Positions 33,959-36,518 of a stretch of 36,518 bases of DNA are shown here, in pieces (within the stretch, counting starts at the first letter, position 1; every line of letters begins with the position of its first letter). The stretch is from an uncultured Candidatus Peribacteria bacterium (GTDB lineage: Bacteria > Patescibacteriota > Gracilibacteria > Peribacterales > Peribacteraceae). The notes below the pieces were generated by a model. It saw only the letters and a program-made list of their open reading frames with translations, searched no databases and had not been told where the DNA came from. The position numbers were made by a program, and so were the translations under genes. The stretch covers positions 4,364 through 40,881 of the forward strand of contig CAYMAT010000004.1 of assembly GCA_964388495.1 (NCBI GenBank), written 5' to 3'.

Positions 33959-35074
33959 ATGCCCATGACCGTTCCCGTCAACGAGCCGGTTATCACTCCT
34001 GAAGCGAAGAAATTCGTGATGGAGGCGCTGAATTCGGGATGGGTTTCCTCCGCCGGGCCGTTCATCGACGCGTTTGAGAAGGAGTTTGCGGACTACATCG
34101 GCGTCAGGCATGCCATTACTGTCACCAGCGGAACGGCGGCGCTGCATCTTGCCCTGCTCAGTCTTGGGATCGGTCCCGGGGACGAGGTCATTGTTCCGGA
34201 TTTTACGATGATCGCCTCCGTATTTGCGGTGCTCTACACGGGCGCCACGCCGGTATTTGTGGATATCGAACGCGATACCTACAACATGGACGTCTCGCTT
34301 CTGGAAAAGAAGATCACGAAAAAGACCAAGGCCATCATGCCCGTGCATATCTACGGCCACAGCGTGGATATGGATCCGCTTTTGACGCTCGCTAATAAGC
34401 ACGGCATTGCCGTGGTGGAGGACGCCGCAGAGGCTCACGGAGCGCTCTATAACGGGAAAAAATGCGGCTCCATGGGCGCCATCGGCTGCTTCAGTTTCTA
34501 CGCCAACAAAATCATCACCACGGGGGAAGGCGGCATGGTGGTGACCAATGATGACGCGCTGGCTGCGCGCATCCGGTCCCTGAAAGACCTGTCGCACATG
34601 CCCGGCAAACGCTTCTGGCACCAGGAATTGGGGTACAACTACCGCATGACCAATCTCCAGGCTGCGCTGGGGCTTGGCCAACTGCGCCATGTGGAAGAGT
34701 TCATCACCAAAAAAATCCGGATGACGGCCGATTATGAGAAGCGTCTCAAAAGCATCCCCGGCCTGACGCTCCCCGTCACCAAGCCGTACGCAAAGAACGT
34801 GTTCTGGATGTACTCGGTTCTGGTGGAAAAGGATTTCCCGCTCTCCCGCGACCAGTTGCGTGCGGCACTCAAGGAGAAAGGCGTGGATACGCGCGACTTT
34901 TTCCCGTCCTCCGCCGCTCAGCCGGTCATCGAGAAGCGGATGGGCAAACAGCCGCCCTGTCCCGTATCCCAGGATGTTGCCGCCCGTGGCCTGTATCTCC
35001 CGTCCGGACTGGCGCTGACAGACGCGCAGCTGCAGTATGTCTGCGACTGCATTGCGGAAATCGCCCATGGCTGA
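33959..35074 (+). CDS. DegT/DnrJ/EryC1/StrS family PLP-dependent sugar aminotransferase (ArnB/Per/VioA-like)
   Basis: AITVTSGTAALHLALLSLGIGPGDEVIVPDFT, DAAEAHGA and FSFYANKIITTGEGGMVVTND (PLP Lys). I prefer ATG 33959, which lies 6 nt after TATTAT. The tracked start is TTG 33953. Confidence 0.9.
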   Translation: MPMTVPVNEPVITPEAKKFVMEALNSGWVSSAGPFIDAFEKEFADYIGVRHAITVTSGTAALHLALLSLGIGPGDEVIVPDFTMIASVFAVLYTGATPVFVDIERDTYNMDVSLLEKKITKKTKAIMPVHIYGHSVDMDPLLTLANKHGIAVVEDAAEAHGALYNGKKCGSMGAIGCFSFYANKIITTGEGGMVVTNDDALAARIRSLKDLSHMPGKRFWHQELGYNYRMTNLQAALGLGQLRHVEEFITKKIRMTADYEKRLKSIPGLTLPVTKPYAKNVFWMYSVLVEKDFPLSRDQLRAALKEKGVDTRDFFPSSAAQPVIEKRMGKQPPCPVSQDVAARGLYLPSGLALTDAQLQYVCDCIAEIAHG

Positions 35075-35825
35075 TTCGTCTCCAATCAAGGCAAGCATCG
35101 TTCTCCCCACCTATGATGAACGGGGGAACATCGTGCGGCTTATTGAAGCGCTCAGAAAAGAGGTTCCAGCCCCCCTGGAGATCATTGTGGTGGACGATAA
35201 CTCCCCGGACGGCACGTCCCAGGCCGTGAGCGAATACATTGCGGCACATCCGGGTGAAGAGACGCGCATTGAGACGCGCTACACGGACCGCGGGCTCACC
35301 AATTCCATCTCGCGCGGCATAGAGTTGAGCACCGGTGACATCATCTGCTGGATGGATTGCGACTTTTCGCATCCTCCGGCGGACATGGCCAAACTGGTTT
35401 CCCTCGTGCGGGAGGGAAAAGCGGAGATTGCGGTGGCATCGCGCTATATCACGGGAGGGCAGTACAAGAGCGGGCTCAAGTGGTTTGGTGCCGATGAGAC
35501 GGCAATGGGCGTCCTCTTAAGCCGCCTCATCAACTGGTTCATCCGCGTGGCGCTGGATCCGCGTTTCCATGACTACACCAGCGGCTTTATAGCGGTGCGC
35601 GCTACCACACTGCGCTCGCTTATGCCTCTCTATGGCGATTACGGCGAATACTTCATGGATCTCATGTACCGGGCAATCAAAAAAGGACATACGTTCCTGG
35701 AAATCCCCTTCGTTTCCCCTCCGCGTACGTACGGAGTGAGTAAAACGGGTACCAGCTTCCGTCAGCTCTTCCGTCGCGGGGTTAAATACATCCGGGTGAT
35801 CGGGAGATTGTGGCACGTGAAGTGA
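35067..35825 (+). CDS. GT2 glycosyltransferase, DPM1/ArnC-like polyprenol-phosphate sugar synthase
   Basis: ASIVLPTYDERGNIVRLIE, IIVVDDNSPDGT and WMDCDFSHPP. It overlaps the DegT stop by 8 nt. Confidence 0.88.
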   Translation: MADSSPIKASIVLPTYDERGNIVRLIEALRKEVPAPLEIIVVDDNSPDGTSQAVSEYIAAHPGEETRIETRYTDRGLTNSISRGIELSTGDIICWMDCDFSHPPADMAKLVSLVREGKAEIAVASRYITGGQYKSGLKWFGADETAMGVLLSRLINWFIRVALDPRFHDYTSGFIAVRATTLRSLMPLYGDYGEYFMDLMYRAIKKGHTFLEIPFVSPPRTYGVSKTGTSFRQLFRRGVKYIRVIGRLWHVK

Positions 35826-36518
35826 TCAGCGGGGCAGGAGGTTTCCTTTCTTGAGCATGTTGGCGATCAATTGCGCCGCCGTGGCGGTGCTTGCCGCACT
35901 GGGGTGGACCGTATCCCAAGAGAGGGTCTCCATTTCATTCCGGAAATTCTCATAGAGGTTGAGTGTTTTGAACCCTGAATTTTTGGCTACGGCTTCAAGT
36001 TTTGGAACAGTGCGATTGTGCAGTGTCTTCTCTGGCCATATCACGAAGAGGCGCGGGAGCGACGGGGGGAGACTTGCGGCAAACGCCTGCAGTTCCTTCC
36101 CGTACCTGGCGATCTGTGCATCCGTTATGGGGTCTATGTCCGGATTTTCTTTACTCTCCTGCATCTGCGCGTGCATGTTCTGCTGCTCCGTGCGTCTCAC
36201 GATGATCTTTTTCATCGTCCTGTAGAAGGCGCTGTGCAGATCCAGCCAGCATCGACCGGGGATATATCCCATGATCCCGTCCTGGATCGGATGACATTCC
36301 GTTTTGGTCTCCACCCATCCCGGCTCATGCAGGTTTCCGTCTGCTGCAAGCACTGGCGGAGCAGAATCGTCCGTCAGATCGTTCCAGAAAAAGACGAGGA
36401 CGAGTGCATCAGCCCTCAGCTTCTCGGATTTTTCCGCAAAGATGCGCCTTTCCTGGTTCAGTGTGTATCCGGGAGCGGCTTCTGTCATGACATTGTATTG
36501 ATGATCAAGAAGCGAATC
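35826..36518 (-). CDS. SGNH/GDSL-like hydrolase or acyl-esterase, 5'-truncated by the window edge
   Basis: The frame is open to nt 36518. The last visible codons read DSLLDHQYNVMTEAAPG, so the (G)DS-L block I probably sits at the edge. VFFWNDL resembles block III, and DTVHPS is the block V DxxH. Confidence 0.6.
   Translation of the reverse strand, partial: DSLLDHQYNVMTEAAPGYTLNQERRIFAEKSEKLRADALVLVFFWNDLTDDSAPPVLAADGNLHEPGWVETKTECHPIQDGIMGYIPGRCWLDLHSAFYRTMKKIIVRRTEQQNMHAQMQESKENPDIDPITDAQIARYGKELQAFAASLPPSLPRLFVIWPEKTLHNRTVPKLEAVAKNSGFKTLNLYENFRNEMETLSWDTVHPSAASTATAAQLIANMLKKGNLLPR

Noticed and set aside
1-36518. Alternative genetic code (TGA or TAG recoding, as in some uncultivated lineages).
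   Set aside because: All recognisable genes are full length under the standard code. TGA, TAA and TAG are all used as terminal stops at family-typical positions.

Overview
This is a GC-rich, very gene-dense bacterial chromosomal window. It uses the standard genetic code, encodes the bacteria-specific ribosomal proteins L28 and L34, and has two tRNAs with encoded CCA. I support about 41 CDS, tRNA-Thr(GGU), tRNA-Ser(GGA), a few promoters, terminators and short repeats. I see no rRNA, CRISPR array, transposase, integrase or prophage block.

The content falls into three groups.
(1) A 5'-truncated fibre or adhesin gene of more than 1200 aa, with phage-appendage-like modules and an 80-aa poly-Ser tail.
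(2) Scattered housekeeping genes: ndk, sufS, sufU, rpmB, rpmH, pheT, a PduO-type adenosyltransferase, an M16 peptidase and an M50 peptidase.
(3) A dominant surface-glycan gene set: rfbA-like and rfbB genes, about seven GT-B (GT4-like) transferases, four GT2, three GT-C membrane transferases, GtrA, DUF2304, a WbuC-like cupin, a DegT aminotransferase and an SGNH hydrolase.

The points most worth a second look:
- A -10-like hexamer sits 6-9 nt (11 nt at rpmB) upstream of the start codon at 19 genes, covering most apparent operon heads, with no Shine-Dalgarno. This predicts a mostly leaderless transcriptome.
- There are three separate polyprenol-phosphate GT2 + GT-C pairs, one of them with an ArnB/ArnC-like amino-sugar module. 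They lie near a Ser-rich fibre that could be the acceptor.
- Six convergent gene pairs have stop codons 0-4 nt apart.
- One glycosyltransferase has ATA exactly where its start codon is expected.
- A tandem 44-bp hairpin repeat follows tRNA-Thr.

The compact, small-genome character could fit an uncultivated CPR/Patescibacteria-like lineage, but that is inference only. All family calls come from motif recognition by eye. No searches were run.
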